A stretch of 64,000 bases of DNA from an uncultured Alphaproteobacteria bacterium (lineage in GTDB: Bacteria > Pseudomonadota > Alphaproteobacteria > HIMB59), in assembly GCA_902509695.1 (NCBI GenBank), contig CABWYP010000001.1, forward strand, positions 31,932 to 95,931. Direction: 5' to 3'. The notes below the pieces were generated by a model, which was given only the letters and a program-made list of their open reading frames with translations, ran no database searches and was not told where the DNA came from. The position numbers and the translations under genes are program-made. Each line of letters begins with the position of its first letter. Positions within the stretch are counted from its first letter, which is position 1. Positions 50,471 to 60,290 of the stretch are shown here, one piece after another.

Positions 50471-50803
50471 ATGCTTAAGTTCGTTTATCTCTCTTTAGCA
50501 ATAATATTTGAAGTGGTAGGAACTATTTCTCTAACATTATCAAAAGGTTATACGCAGATTGTACCTACTATAGGCATGGCCGTTTCATATATTATCTGTT
50601 TTTACTTTCTATCAAAGTGTTTGAATGAATTTGCATCCATAGGTTATGTTTATGCAATTTGGGCAGGCTTAGGAATAGTTTTAATTACATTATTAGGTGT
50701 AATATTTTTTAAGAACGTAGTTGATTTAGGTGGAATTATTGGAATATCATTAATTGTAATAGGAGCTGTGGTGTTAAACTTATTTTCAAAGATGTCTCAT
50801 TAA
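50471..50803 (+). CDS. SMR (small multidrug resistance) family transporter
   Basis: 110 aa, 4 TM, conserved Glu in AIIFEVVGT, YAIWAGLG. Confidence 0.9.
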   Translation: MLKFVYLSLAIIFEVVGTISLTLSKGYTQIVPTIGMAVSYIICFYFLSKCLNEFASIGYVYAIWAGLGIVLITLLGVIFFKNVVDLGGIIGISLIVIGAVVLNLFSKMSH

Positions 50804-50805
50804 TC

Positions 50806-53157
50806 ATGATTATTCCAAGAATTACAAAACCCTATGAGCCAGGACTACCAGCTTTAGGCAATGATTTAGAAAATTATTTAGTGAGTGCTGGAGGTTCTGT
50901 TACTTTAAAACTTGAGCCAGGAGATACATTTAAAATTATTAACCTTGAGGGACTTCAACAAGCAGAGCTAGTTGTATTTAATTCAAAAGGAGAATGTAGT
51001 CTCTCTCCATTGAGTCTCAAGAGCGAACATAAAGGTGATCTAACAAAAAATATTTTAACTAGCAGTGAGGAGTCAGCACAAATTGCTTATTCTAAACTAA
51101 AAAGATTAGGACATGATGTTAATTCAATCAACCAATCTATTCTTGTCTTCTCAAAGGAAGCAGAAGCAAATAGCGTTGAAGAGTTTTCGTCAAATGACTC
51201 CTCAATTTGTATTATCTCTGCACCAGGAGAATTTGAAATAACACATGAAAATATCCCTGCTTCTGAATTAAGGGTAATTGTTCAACGATCTAGAAAAAGA
51301 GAGGAGGGTGAATTTTTACTGCCAGACCCTTTGATGGATCCTGTTGAAGAAATATTTGTAAAAAGATACACAGCAATGGCTTATGAAGTTCAAGAAGGCG
51401 ATTTTATTCAAGTAATAGATATCTATGGAAGACAATGTTCGGATTTTATGGCTTTTGATGCCGATAAACTTCACAAAGGCCAAGAACTTGGAATAGATAC
51501 AACTAATAGTAGATATTTGATGGGAAGTGCTTACCCACTTCCAGGTCTTCATTCGAAATATTATGATGAAAATCAATACCCCATGATCGAAGTTTATCGA
51601 GATACAGTAGGGAGACACGATACTTTTGGTACAGCCTGTACTTCAAAATTTTATGATGATTTAGGGTATTTTGGCCATCCTAATTGCTCAGATAATTTTA
51701 ATTACGCTCTGAATAAATTTACAATGAGGAAAAGATTAGGATGGAATGCTATTAATCTTTTCTACAACACAGCCATAGATGCAAACAATTCTTTAATTTT
51801 TGATGAACCTTGGTCTAGGCCAGGTGATTACATTATGTTTAAAGCTTTAAAAAATCTTGTATGTGTTTCATCGGCTTGTCCGGATGATGTGGATGCAGCA
51901 AATGGATGGAATCCTACAGATATTTATGTAAGAGTTTACAGACCCAAAAAGCCATTTAGTAAAGGAGTAGCATTTAGAATGAAGGCAGATTCAGAACCAA
52001 AATTATCAAGGGAGACTGGTTTTCACCCAAGAGTAGCAGACCTAACTGAAAATATAGTTGAATACAAAGGTTTTTGGTTAGCTTCTAATTATAATAACTT
52101 TGGAGCGCTCCAAGAGTATGAGGCTTGTAGGGAGAGAGCTATCATTATGGATTTATCTGCTCTTAGAAAATTTGAAGTTAGTGGACCCGATGCTGAGGAA
52201 TTACTTCAGATAACTTGTACAAGGAATATTAGAAAGCTTTCAGTGGGCCAAGTGGTTTATACAGCCATGTGTTATGACCATGGCGGAATGTTAGATGATG
52301 GAACTGTTTTTAAAATGACTCATGATAATTTCAGATGGATTTGTGGCGATGAGTATTGTGGTGAATGGTTAAGAAATAAAGCAAAAGAAATGGGTCTTAA
52401 AGTTTGGGTAAAATCTTCGACAGATAATCTTCATAATGTATCTGTTCAAGGACCCAAAAGTAGAGAAATTCTTAAGAAAATTGTTTGGACACCACCTCAT
52501 CAAACTTCTTTAGAAGATTTAGAATGGTTTAGGTTTACAATTGCAAGACTTAATACATTAGACGGAACTCCTATTATGGTATCAAGAACAGGATATACAG
52601 GTGAACTAGGATATGAAATTTTCTGTCACCCAAGCAAAGCTATAGAAATTTGGGATGCAGTTATGGAGGCAGGTAATGAATTTGATATTGCTCCAATGGG
52701 ATTAGACGCATTAGATTTGGTAAGAATTGAGGCAGGTTTGATTTTTGCTAATTATGAATTTGATGATCAAACAGATCCCTTTGAAGCAGGTATAGGTTTT
52801 ACAGTTCCACTCAAGTCAAAAGAAGATGACTTTATAGGAAAAGAGGCTTTAATTGAAAGAAAAGCAAATCCTCAAAGAAAATTAGTAGGATTAGAGATAG
52901 ATGGTAATGAAGTTTGTGGACATGGTGACTGCGTTCATCCTTCTAATAATGCTAGAGAACAAGTGGGTACCATTACAAGTGGCATGAAATCTCCCGTATT
53001 AAATAAGAATATTGCTCTTTGTAAAATGAATATTAAGTATGCTGAATTAGATACAGAAGTTGAAATTGGAAAATTGGATGGACATCAAAAAAGAATTAAA
53101 GCTAAGGTAGTCCCTTTTCCTTTTTACGATCCTACAAAATCTAGGGTTAGAGCCTAA
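50806..53157 (+). CDS. tdm: TMAO demethylase (DUF1989 + GcvT)
   Basis: GRQCSDF, HDTFGTAC, HPNCSDN, SSACPDD metal ligands; C-terminal GcvT with RTGYTGELGYE. Confidence 0.9.
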   Translation: MIIPRITKPYEPGLPALGNDLENYLVSAGGSVTLKLEPGDTFKIINLEGLQQAELVVFNSKGECSLSPLSLKSEHKGDLTKNILTSSEESAQIAYSKLKRLGHDVNSINQSILVFSKEAEANSVEEFSSNDSSICIISAPGEFEITHENIPASELRVIVQRSRKREEGEFLLPDPLMDPVEEIFVKRYTAMAYEVQEGDFIQVIDIYGRQCSDFMAFDADKLHKGQELGIDTTNSRYLMGSAYPLPGLHSKYYDENQYPMIEVYRDTVGRHDTFGTACTSKFYDDLGYFGHPNCSDNFNYALNKFTMRKRLGWNAINLFYNTAIDANNSLIFDEPWSRPGDYIMFKALKNLVCVSSACPDDVDAANGWNPTDIYVRVYRPKKPFSKGVAFRMKADSEPKLSRETGFHPRVADLTENIVEYKGFWLASNYNNFGALQEYEACRERAIIMDLSALRKFEVSGPDAEELLQITCTRNIRKLSVGQVVYTAMCYDHGGMLDDGTVFKMTHDNFRWICGDEYCGEWLRNKAKEMGLKVWVKSSTDNLHNVSVQGPKSREILKKIVWTPPHQTSLEDLEWFRFTIARLNTLDGTPIMVSRTGYTGELGYEIFCHPSKAIEIWDAVMEAGNEFDIAPMGLDALDLVRIEAGLIFANYEFDDQTDPFEAGIGFTVPLKSKEDDFIGKEALIERKANPQRKLVGLEIDGNEVCGHGDCVHPSNNAREQVGTITSGMKSPVLNKNIALCKMNIKYAELDTEVEIGKLDGHQKRIKAKVVPFPFYDPTKSRVRA

Positions 53158-53172
53158 TTTATACTCATAAAT

Positions 53173-53583
53173 ATGTTTTATACAGGTCTATGCTTTGGAA
53201 CTAATGATTTAGAAAAATCAGGTTTTTTTTATGATGCTGTTTTTAAAACTATCAATGTTATTCGGCATCAAACAACTGATAACGAGATAGGCTATGGTTT
53301 TTCTGGACAAGAGGAGTGTTTTTGGATTATCAAACCATTTAATAAAGAAAATGCAACTAACGGAAATGGCTCTCAAATGATTATTACGGCCAACTCCAAA
53401 GAACACGTAGATTTATTTTATTCTACTGCCTTAGAATTTGGTGGTTTGGATGAAGGTAAACCAGGTCTAAGAGACCATACTCCAAATTACTATGGGGCCT
53501 ATATTAGAGATCTAGATGGTAATAAAATCCATATATATATAATTCTGCAAAACAATATGAAGAAAAAAATAACAAATGATTGA
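53173..53583 (+). CDS. VOC/glyoxalase-family protein
   Basis: GTNDL..S..FYD, PF....A..GNG, DEG.PGLR, YGAY.RD.DGNK. Confidence 0.85.
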   Translation: MFYTGLCFGTNDLEKSGFFYDAVFKTINVIRHQTTDNEIGYGFSGQEECFWIIKPFNKENATNGNGSQMIITANSKEHVDLFYSTALEFGGLDEGKPGLRDHTPNYYGAYIRDLDGNKIHIYIILQNNMKKKITND

Positions 53584-53598
53584 TAAGAAAGGTATTAC

Positions 53599-54789
53599 AT
53601 GACTATAAGAGACTCTATAGGAAAAGAAGCAGTTTTTGTGAGTAAATCTACAACATTACATGTTGGTATGAAAAGATTTGATAAAGGGCCTTACTTTGAT
53701 TTTTATCATAAGGAAGATAACTTATATGGCGTTTACGCAGAACGTTTTTATCCAATATCAATTGGCAATGATACAGAGGAAATGTACTGGAACCTAAGAA
53801 GAAAAGCTGTCATGTACGATACCCCAGAGAAGCCAATACAAATTGAAGGTCCTCAAGCAGGAGAATTTTTAGATAAAGTTTTTAGTAGAAAAATATCTAC
53901 ATTGAATGTGGGAAGGGGAAGGTATGCAATAGCATGTTATGAAGATGGTGGAATTTTTATTGATGGCGTCTTTTTTCGTTTAGAAGAAAATAAGTACTGG
54001 TATGTTCAGCCTGATGGCCCACTAGAGACTTGGCTTAAAGCTAATCAAGCAGATTATAATGTAAAGATTTCAGATCCTTCATCTAGATCTATTCAAATAC
54101 AAGGACCTAAGTCACAAGAAATATTATCAAAACTTACAAATGGAACGTTGGATAAAAATTTTAAATATTATCACTCTGGATTTTTTAATATAGCAGAGCA
54201 AAAAGTTTATGTTTCTCGAACAGGCTGGACATCAGAGCTTGGCTATGAAATTTATACTTTAGGTGGAGATACCAACTATAAAAAACTTTGGGACACAATT
54301 CTTGAAATAGGCAAGCCACTAGGACTTCATTTTGATGGAATTTTATCAATGGAAATGAGAAGAATAGAAGGAGGAATATTAGATAGTAATACTGATTTTG
54401 ACTCCTCTATGAATCCTTTTGAAGCTGGACTTGGCAAATTAGTTGACTTAACAAAAGATGATTTCATAGGAAAAAAAGCATTAGAGCAACTAAGTAAAAA
54501 ATCAGGAAAAAGATTATTTGGAATTATTTCAGACAATCCTCTCGTCTATAAATCAAATGTTTTTTTATCCAATGATGAAAAAGTAGGCTATTTACCTGCT
54601 TCAACTTGGTCTCCAACATTAAAAAAATATATTGGATATGTGAGATTCAATTATTCTGGAAATTGGACAGAGTTTAAAGTAAGAGCAGAGTCATCAGATG
54701 ATAGTTTAGTGGATTGCACAATTGTAGAATTACCTTTTTATGATAAAGATAAACTTATTCCTAGAGGGTTAGATAAAAAAATTCCTTAA
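53599..54789 (+). CDS. GcvT-family THF-dependent demethylase (DmdA-like paralog)
   Basis: YW.LR.KAVMYD, GGI..DG, QIQGPKS, RTGWTSELGYEIY, RRIEGG. Confidence 0.82.
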   Translation: MTIRDSIGKEAVFVSKSTTLHVGMKRFDKGPYFDFYHKEDNLYGVYAERFYPISIGNDTEEMYWNLRRKAVMYDTPEKPIQIEGPQAGEFLDKVFSRKISTLNVGRGRYAIACYEDGGIFIDGVFFRLEENKYWYVQPDGPLETWLKANQADYNVKISDPSSRSIQIQGPKSQEILSKLTNGTLDKNFKYYHSGFFNIAEQKVYVSRTGWTSELGYEIYTLGGDTNYKKLWDTILEIGKPLGLHFDGILSMEMRRIEGGILDSNTDFDSSMNPFEAGLGKLVDLTKDDFIGKKALEQLSKKSGKRLFGIISDNPLVYKSNVFLSNDEKVGYLPASTWSPTLKKYIGYVRFNYSGNWTEFKVRAESSDDSLVDCTIVELPFYDKDKLIPRGLDKKIP

Positions 54790-54791
54790 AT

Positions 54792-54959
54792 CTAATCTTT
54801 ATCTTTTCTAAAAAAAGGTATTAAGAACACAAAGCAAGCTACAAAAAAGAACAAACTCCCAAACATAGCCCAAAAACTTCCTATGCTTGAAATTATAAAA
54901 CCAACTGCTGAAATAATAAATAATATCCACCCAATAAGATTGTAATGGTTATTCTTCAT
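54792..54959 (-). CDS. Unlisted 55-aa two-TM membrane protein
   Basis: Manual translation: MKNNHYNLIGWILFIISAVGFIISSIGSFWAMFGSLFFFVACFVFLIPFFRKDKD*; fills the gap exactly, 12 nt after the upstream stop. Confidence 0.75.
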   Translation of the reverse strand: MKNNHYNLIGWILFIISAVGFIISSIGSFWAMFGSLFFFVACFVFLIPFFRKDKD

Positions 54960-54971
54960 TAAATTATAAAA

Positions 54972-55487
54972 TTATTTTCTGACCCCTGCGAGTTTAAGTT
55001 CGAATTCTTTTTTTAATGCTAGGGAGTCAGCTTGCCTTCTTTTTTCAGGTACATCGCTTAGAGTTTCACCGGGCAATCTGGTAGGACCAGGGTTTGAAAT
55101 TCTTAGTTCAGCTGCTTTCATCATTGCTTTTTCTTCAGAAGTAAAAATCAAATCTTTGAAAACGAGAATTGGCTTAATTGGATCTGCTTTTAATTGAGCG
55201 ACTGCCCATTCTTTATTTTCTTTTAATGCTACGACAACATACCAGCCAGGTACAGTACCAGTTTTATATCCATTCATTTTAAATAACACTTTTGCAAAAT
55301 CTTTATAATTTCCACCACCAATAGGAAAGATAGACTCTCTTTTTTCATCTGATAAATCTAGATGGCTTTCTGCCATATCATATGAATTTTCATTTAATAT
55401 ATTTACATCATCTAATGTTAAAGTTTGCTTTGCTTTGAACTTTGGATGTATCCACCAATATTCGTCTTTTTGTTTTTTTGTTGTCAT
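54972..55487 (-). CDS. Hypothetical protein, possible divergent DMFase alpha-subunit paralog
   Basis: GWYVVVALKENKEWAVAQL....P......IFTSEEKAM resembles the C-terminal half of the alpha subunit; 6 nt after dmfA2. Confidence 0.55.
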   Translation of the reverse strand: MTTKKQKDEYWWIHPKFKAKQTLTLDDVNILNENSYDMAESHLDLSDEKRESIFPIGGGNYKDFAKVLFKMNGYKTGTVPGWYVVVALKENKEWAVAQLKADPIKPILVFKDLIFTSEEKAMMKAAELRISNPGPTRLPGETLSDVPEKRRQADSLALKKEFELKLAGVRK

Positions 55488-55493
55488 GAAGTT

Positions 55494-57914
55494 TTATGGC
55501 AAAGGACCATCTTTTGAGAACCCATCAATCACATTCTTCATTAATCTTGAAACATTATTGTCATAATTGTTATGAGATAATGAACCTAACCAAGACATTG
55601 AGGAAAATGAAATCATAGCACCATCATGAGGAGTTTTGTAGTATACTATGTCTGCCCTTGTATTAGGATTACTCTCACCTGTGCCGTTTAAAATATTTCC
55701 TCTAGCATTAAATGTTGAGTCTTCTGTGACAGTAACAAACATATCATTATGACCCTCAGAGTGGGCTAAAGCGAAAGCTCTATGTGGAGTACCTTTTTCC
55801 AAATCATACCTATCGAGTTCTAATCCAGCGGCACCATCACCAATTAAACCAAAATCACCAATAGGTTCATCATATCCAATACCTTCAAACATCCATGAGC
55901 ATTCTGGAAGTTCACTATCAGGTGTTCTTTTAAAATAAGAGGAGTAAGTAAGACCAAATGATGTAAAAGAAACACCAAGAATTTTGCACATATCTCTTCC
56001 TCTAACTCTCCATAAGCCACCATGTTTGCCATCAAAGGCATTACAGTATTCTCCAGGATTAATCGTCCAAGCCCTCGTACCGTTATCGCCTTTTCTAACT
56101 TCTAAAATATTACCATTGTTAGGATGAAGGGCAGAAATCCAATAAAAGCCATTGGCAGCATTGTACATAAATCTACCACCTTGCATTTGATAATCATGTA
56201 TTGAATGCCAGCCTTTTTCTGTAAGGTATTCTGGATGATGTCCAGTCATCACAACTTTATATTGTTTCAGAAGTTCAACACCCTCATTTTCTATATCTTC
56301 ATCTGTATGAATATCTACATCATAGCCCATTTCATGAAGCCAATCGACAAAATGTAAATCTGCATTTAACTGCCATAGAGATGGAGATAAAATATGAATA
56401 TATTTAGGTCTCATATTTAGAATTGGTCTCAGTCTTGAAGAGATATTAACTCCCCAACCATCTCTGTAAGTTGTATAAGTTCCAAGACCGTAGCCTCTAT
56501 ATTCATTCAACAATAAATCACTTGGTTGTATTAAAGGAACTCTTCCTGTTAAAAGCTGAGCAACAGCTGAATTTACCGATAAGTTATCATTTGCATAAGC
56601 CATGTAACTATTTGTTGCCATTATTAAACATAATTTGGCTGTAGGTTTATTCTTATGAGGCCTTACAAAGAAAGGAATGTAATCTTCATTTTCAGGATCA
56701 GTTAATCTATTTACTCTTAATCTAGCAGCATAAACCCCTGAAGGAAGATTGTCTGGTATTTGGTATTTGAAACATACTTCCCATCTAGCATCATCAACTG
56801 ACTCATCATGAAAATGAATAGCCCCATATTCCTGAGGACCGTGAAGAAAGCTCATATAGTCTGATGTCCAGTTAAATCCAGGAACTCCTCTTACGGGCAT
56901 ATTAACCCCACAACCATTCCACTTACATAGGCTCTCGTCAATTATTTCTGTTGAAGCGGCATTGGGGACTATGTTTGCGTTAAAATTCCAAGCACCAATT
57001 ACAACTTCCTTTAATTCGTTTGAAACATTTTCAATTCCCTGGCAACTAAGAAGAATTTCGATTTCATGTTGCGCTAGAGCTTTATTAGCAATTTTAGGTC
57101 TTTCAATTTTTCCATTAAATTTATTTGTGTGAATAGGTATTTCATGAGGTTCATCCAAGTAGTTAAAATGTCCTCCGGTTAGCTTCCTTCCAGAATTTGA
57201 TTTTTGAGTACTAGCTGCTAAGAGGATAGGACAGTCATTTGCTGAAGGTCCTCCCATTAAACTTGATCCATGGTATTCCCCAGATGTATCTTCTTTTGGA
57301 TGAAGCATGCTCATACCATGACCTGAATTTGTATGAGTTACGTAAGGTTCTTGAAAAACACTAACTTTACCGGTGCTAGCATCAAAAGAAGCACCAACTT
57401 TATACCAAATTTTTCTATAAAGAGGCTTCCCAGTAGAAAATTCCTCAACTTTACCCTTGCCATGTCCAATTTTTAAGCAAAGTTCACCATGTTCATTAAT
57501 AAAAATTCCATAGCCAGTTTGATTTTCTTCATCCCATTTAGTTATGATAGCCTGCGTGCCAACTTCTACCCCCTCTACATCTACATAAGGGGTAGTAGGG
57601 TAAATGTAAGCGCACATAGTAAAGCTTTGTAAATTAAATAAATCATTGTGGGGGATGAATATATAACTTCCAGCGTGAATATCCTGTTTTTTACCTGGAT
57701 ACATATCACTAATATTTGAATGAATTAATTCTTCTTTAAAGCCAGGACCTTCTGGATTTGTATCTCCATGAATTAGCCGAACAATATCAACTTGATATTG
57801 TTCATTGAATTCAGAATTAACAAAAAAAGAAACTTCTTCATTAGGCCTTGCAGAAAACTTATCTGAGTATCCAGTAATTCTTAGCATAGATCCATCGTTA
57901 TTGTTATCGCTCAT
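55494..57914 (-). CDS. dmfA2: N,N-dimethylformamidase large (beta) subunit family
   Basis: GYSD.FS, VRLIHGD.NP.GPG, YGAIHFH, SY.AYAN, GLGTY, SSRLRP, HPEY, NGFYW, GLELDR. Confidence 0.88.
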   Translation of the reverse strand: MSDNNNDGSMLRITGYSDKFSARPNEEVSFFVNSEFNEQYQVDIVRLIHGDTNPEGPGFKEELIHSNISDMYPGKKQDIHAGSYIFIPHNDLFNLQSFTMCAYIYPTTPYVDVEGVEVGTQAIITKWDEENQTGYGIFINEHGELCLKIGHGKGKVEEFSTGKPLYRKIWYKVGASFDASTGKVSVFQEPYVTHTNSGHGMSMLHPKEDTSGEYHGSSLMGGPSANDCPILLAASTQKSNSGRKLTGGHFNYLDEPHEIPIHTNKFNGKIERPKIANKALAQHEIEILLSCQGIENVSNELKEVVIGAWNFNANIVPNAASTEIIDESLCKWNGCGVNMPVRGVPGFNWTSDYMSFLHGPQEYGAIHFHDESVDDARWEVCFKYQIPDNLPSGVYAARLRVNRLTDPENEDYIPFFVRPHKNKPTAKLCLIMATNSYMAYANDNLSVNSAVAQLLTGRVPLIQPSDLLLNEYRGYGLGTYTTYRDGWGVNISSRLRPILNMRPKYIHILSPSLWQLNADLHFVDWLHEMGYDVDIHTDEDIENEGVELLKQYKVVMTGHHPEYLTEKGWHSIHDYQMQGGRFMYNAANGFYWISALHPNNGNILEVRKGDNGTRAWTINPGEYCNAFDGKHGGLWRVRGRDMCKILGVSFTSFGLTYSSYFKRTPDSELPECSWMFEGIGYDEPIGDFGLIGDGAAGLELDRYDLEKGTPHRAFALAHSEGHNDMFVTVTEDSTFNARGNILNGTGESNPNTRADIVYYKTPHDGAMISFSSMSWLGSLSHNNYDNNVSRLMKNVIDGFSKDGPLP

Positions 57915-57924
57915 AATATCTCCT

Positions 57925-58353
57925 TCACATCTCTATGCCATATTGGGACAATAAAACTTTTAATCTTTTTAAAAAAATAGCATGTTCAGCCTCGCCACGC
58001 GTAGGGTAAGACTCATCAGTTAATCTAACTTTACCACCTCTATTACCTGGGAGTAAGCCAAGTGTATACTCTTCCCATCTTTTAGTTTCAACTATTGTTA
58101 GTTTGTTTTTTTGAGGTGTGGTTCTAAGTTTATCTATTAATCTTACAAGTGCATTGCTATACATAGGAGCCGGCTCTCCTGGCTTGGTGCCTGAGTACAT
58201 TGGATTAGCAGCATGTTCAGTGATTATTTCATTTCTAGAATCTTCATCAATCAAATATGGCAGAATATACATTCTAGTATCATAGTCATCGACCGCAGCA
58301 AAACTGTCATTTCTGTGAATTGTAGTGTCAGGGTTTTTATGCTTTCTTGTCAT
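57925..58353 (-). CDS. dmfA1: N,N-dimethylformamidase small (alpha) subunit
   Basis: EHAANP, W.EY, EAEHAIFLKR matching recalled DmfA1; directly upstream of dmfA2. Confidence 0.78.
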   Translation of the reverse strand: MTRKHKNPDTTIHRNDSFAAVDDYDTRMYILPYLIDEDSRNEIITEHAANPMYSGTKPGEPAPMYSNALVRLIDKLRTTPQKNKLTIVETKRWEEYTLGLLPGNRGGKVRLTDESYPTRGEAEHAIFLKRLKVLLSQYGIEM

Positions 58354-58363
58354 TGATTAAAAA

Positions 58364-60082
58364 CTACTCTTTCTTGCTCTTTGGTTTGACGGGAGAAGGT
58401 TTATCATCTTTTTTCTGTTTACCTGTTATAAGAGAACTCTTACCACTGATCAGGTCATTAAAACTTTCATTTTCCCCAACTAACCCAACTTCTTTTACTA
58501 GTTGTTCTAGTATTGGTGCTTGTGTTTTGTATTTCATTGCACCAGTAACTACTCTATCCACAATATCCTCATTATTTCTTGTATTACCTGAACTGTTAGA
58601 GTCAGAGTTTAACCCTAATCCACCAACATCGACAATTTTTATTCCATCAATATTCTCTATAGGTTTTACACTTTGTTTAATTATCTCAGGTAATTTTTCA
58701 ATGATATCTAGTTTAACTTTCATAGCTATTTGTTCAGATTTTAAAATATTTGTAGCTTCATTTAATTTTTTAAGACCTTCAGCTTCAGCCGTTAGTTTCA
58801 CTTTTTTTGCTAACGCTTCAGCATTAGCTATGAGTTCTTTAGCTTTAGCGACATCTGTAGCTGCTGTTTTTTCAGCTGCTGCTGCCAATGTCATAGCAAT
58901 AGATTTTTCTTCAGCTATCCTTTGTGACTTAACAAGAGCTACTGCTTTTTCGCGTTCAGATTGAGCCATTAGTTTTGCTGTAGTAATATTTTCTTCGGCC
59001 ACTATGGCTTTCGATTCTGCTTCTCTTGTTGAGATAGCTGTTTGAGCACGTTCTTTTTGTTTGGCAAACAAATCAATAGTCCTGTTTTCTTCTTCAATTT
59101 CTATATTTTTTTGACTTTCTATTTCACTAACTCTGATGGATTTTTGTTTATCTAATTCAAGAGTTCTTAAATTTTTTTCAGTTTCAATTCTTTCTTTTTG
59201 TAAAATTTCATCAGATTTAATTTTAGATTTTTCTATTTGTTGATTTTCTTTAATCTCAACCTCAGAAGAAATTCTTTTATTTTCAGCTTGTGATTTTGAA
59301 ATTGCAGCTGCTTGTTCTGATCTCTTATTTGAGACTTCTAATTCTTTTTGAATTCTTGCAAATTCAGATTGCCTGTTAATTTCTAAAGATTTTTGTTCTG
59401 CCTCTAAATTAGTTTGCTCAATCTTAAGTTCAGTTGACTTCTGAATATCATTTCTTTTTTTTCTACTAGCTTCTGTTTCCTCTGTTATCTTAATTAAACC
59501 TTCAGCATCAAAAGTATTACCTGGATCAAAAAATTCTTTTGATGTTTGGTCTAATTTTGATAGTGAGACTGACTCAAGTTCTAACCCATTTTTTGTTACA
59601 ACATTTTCTACAAGTTTATGAACCTCATTAGTAAATTTTAATGAACTAGATTGTAGCATTTCTAAACTCATATCAGAAATCACTGATCTCATAGCGCTTA
59701 CAAACTTACCTTCCATCAATTCTTGAACAGATTTTGGATTAAGTGTCCTTGCACCTAGTGTTTGTGCAGCAAGTGCTACACTATCTTTGTCTCCAACAAC
59801 TCTAACATAAAAATCAGTTTTAACATCAACTCTCATTTTATCTTTTGTAATAATGCCATTACTTTCTTTTCTCTCAATTTCTAATTTAAGAGTATTCATG
59901 TTTACGGGAGTTGTTTGATGAATTATAGGTATGGCCAATGCTCCTCCTGTGAGAACAATTTTTTGACCAAACATACCTGTTCTTACAAACGCAATATCTT
60001 TAGAACTTTTTTGATAAAATTTCGCAAAAATAACTAATAGTATAAGAAATACAACTAGTCCTATTAATATCCAGTTAATCAT
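58364..60082 (-). CDS. Flotillin/SPFH protein (YqiK-like)
   Basis: N-terminal TM, AFVRTG.GG, ITKD.MRVD, LAAQTLG, NGLELESVSL..LDQT, coiled coil, KPIENIDGIKI. Confidence 0.92.
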   Translation of the reverse strand: MINWILIGLVVFLILLVIFAKFYQKSSKDIAFVRTGMFGQKIVLTGGALAIPIIHQTTPVNMNTLKLEIERKESNGIITKDKMRVDVKTDFYVRVVGDKDSVALAAQTLGARTLNPKSVQELMEGKFVSAMRSVISDMSLEMLQSSSLKFTNEVHKLVENVVTKNGLELESVSLSKLDQTSKEFFDPGNTFDAEGLIKITEETEASRKKRNDIQKSTELKIEQTNLEAEQKSLEINRQSEFARIQKELEVSNKRSEQAAAISKSQAENKRISSEVEIKENQQIEKSKIKSDEILQKERIETEKNLRTLELDKQKSIRVSEIESQKNIEIEEENRTIDLFAKQKERAQTAISTREAESKAIVAEENITTAKLMAQSEREKAVALVKSQRIAEEKSIAMTLAAAAEKTAATDVAKAKELIANAEALAKKVKLTAEAEGLKKLNEATNILKSEQIAMKVKLDIIEKLPEIIKQSVKPIENIDGIKIVDVGGLGLNSDSNSSGNTRNNEDIVDRVVTGAMKYKTQAPILEQLVKEVGLVGENESFNDLISGKSSLITGKQKKDDKPSPVKPKSKKE

Positions 60083-60159
60083 CCTCCAACCTATCCCTTC
60101 GAAATACTATGTTATTAAAAAAAAGCATCGAAGTAAATGATTTAGAATTTATTTTATTA

Positions 60160-60174
60160 GTCCACATAGTGGAA
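60160..60174. promoter_or_regulatory. Palindromic operator, IclR-family-like, in the flotillin-dmf / ABC divergent spacer
   Basis: GTCCAC-ATA-GTGGAA (TCCAC/GTGGA inverted repeat), a GC-richer spot in an AT-rich spacer; fits KTYCRY-W3-RYGRAM. Confidence 0.55.
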
Positions 60175-60290
60175 GATGATATTCTTTTATGATTTTAATC
60201 TGAAAGATAATAAATTTTTTCATATCTTTATTAATTTCATTTTTTTTGTATTATTTAATTACGAGGAGACGATTTAAGGAAGGATAGGAA

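Noticed and set aside
53599-54789. Naming this gene dmdA or gcvT
   Set aside because: The fold fits, but diagnostic motifs diverge and no gcvH/gcvP are nearby, so the substrate cannot be assigned.
58347-58964. 205-aa plus-strand ORF
   Set aside because: Antisense shadow of the flotillin coiled-coil region; Ser/Phe/Ala-rich with no motifs.
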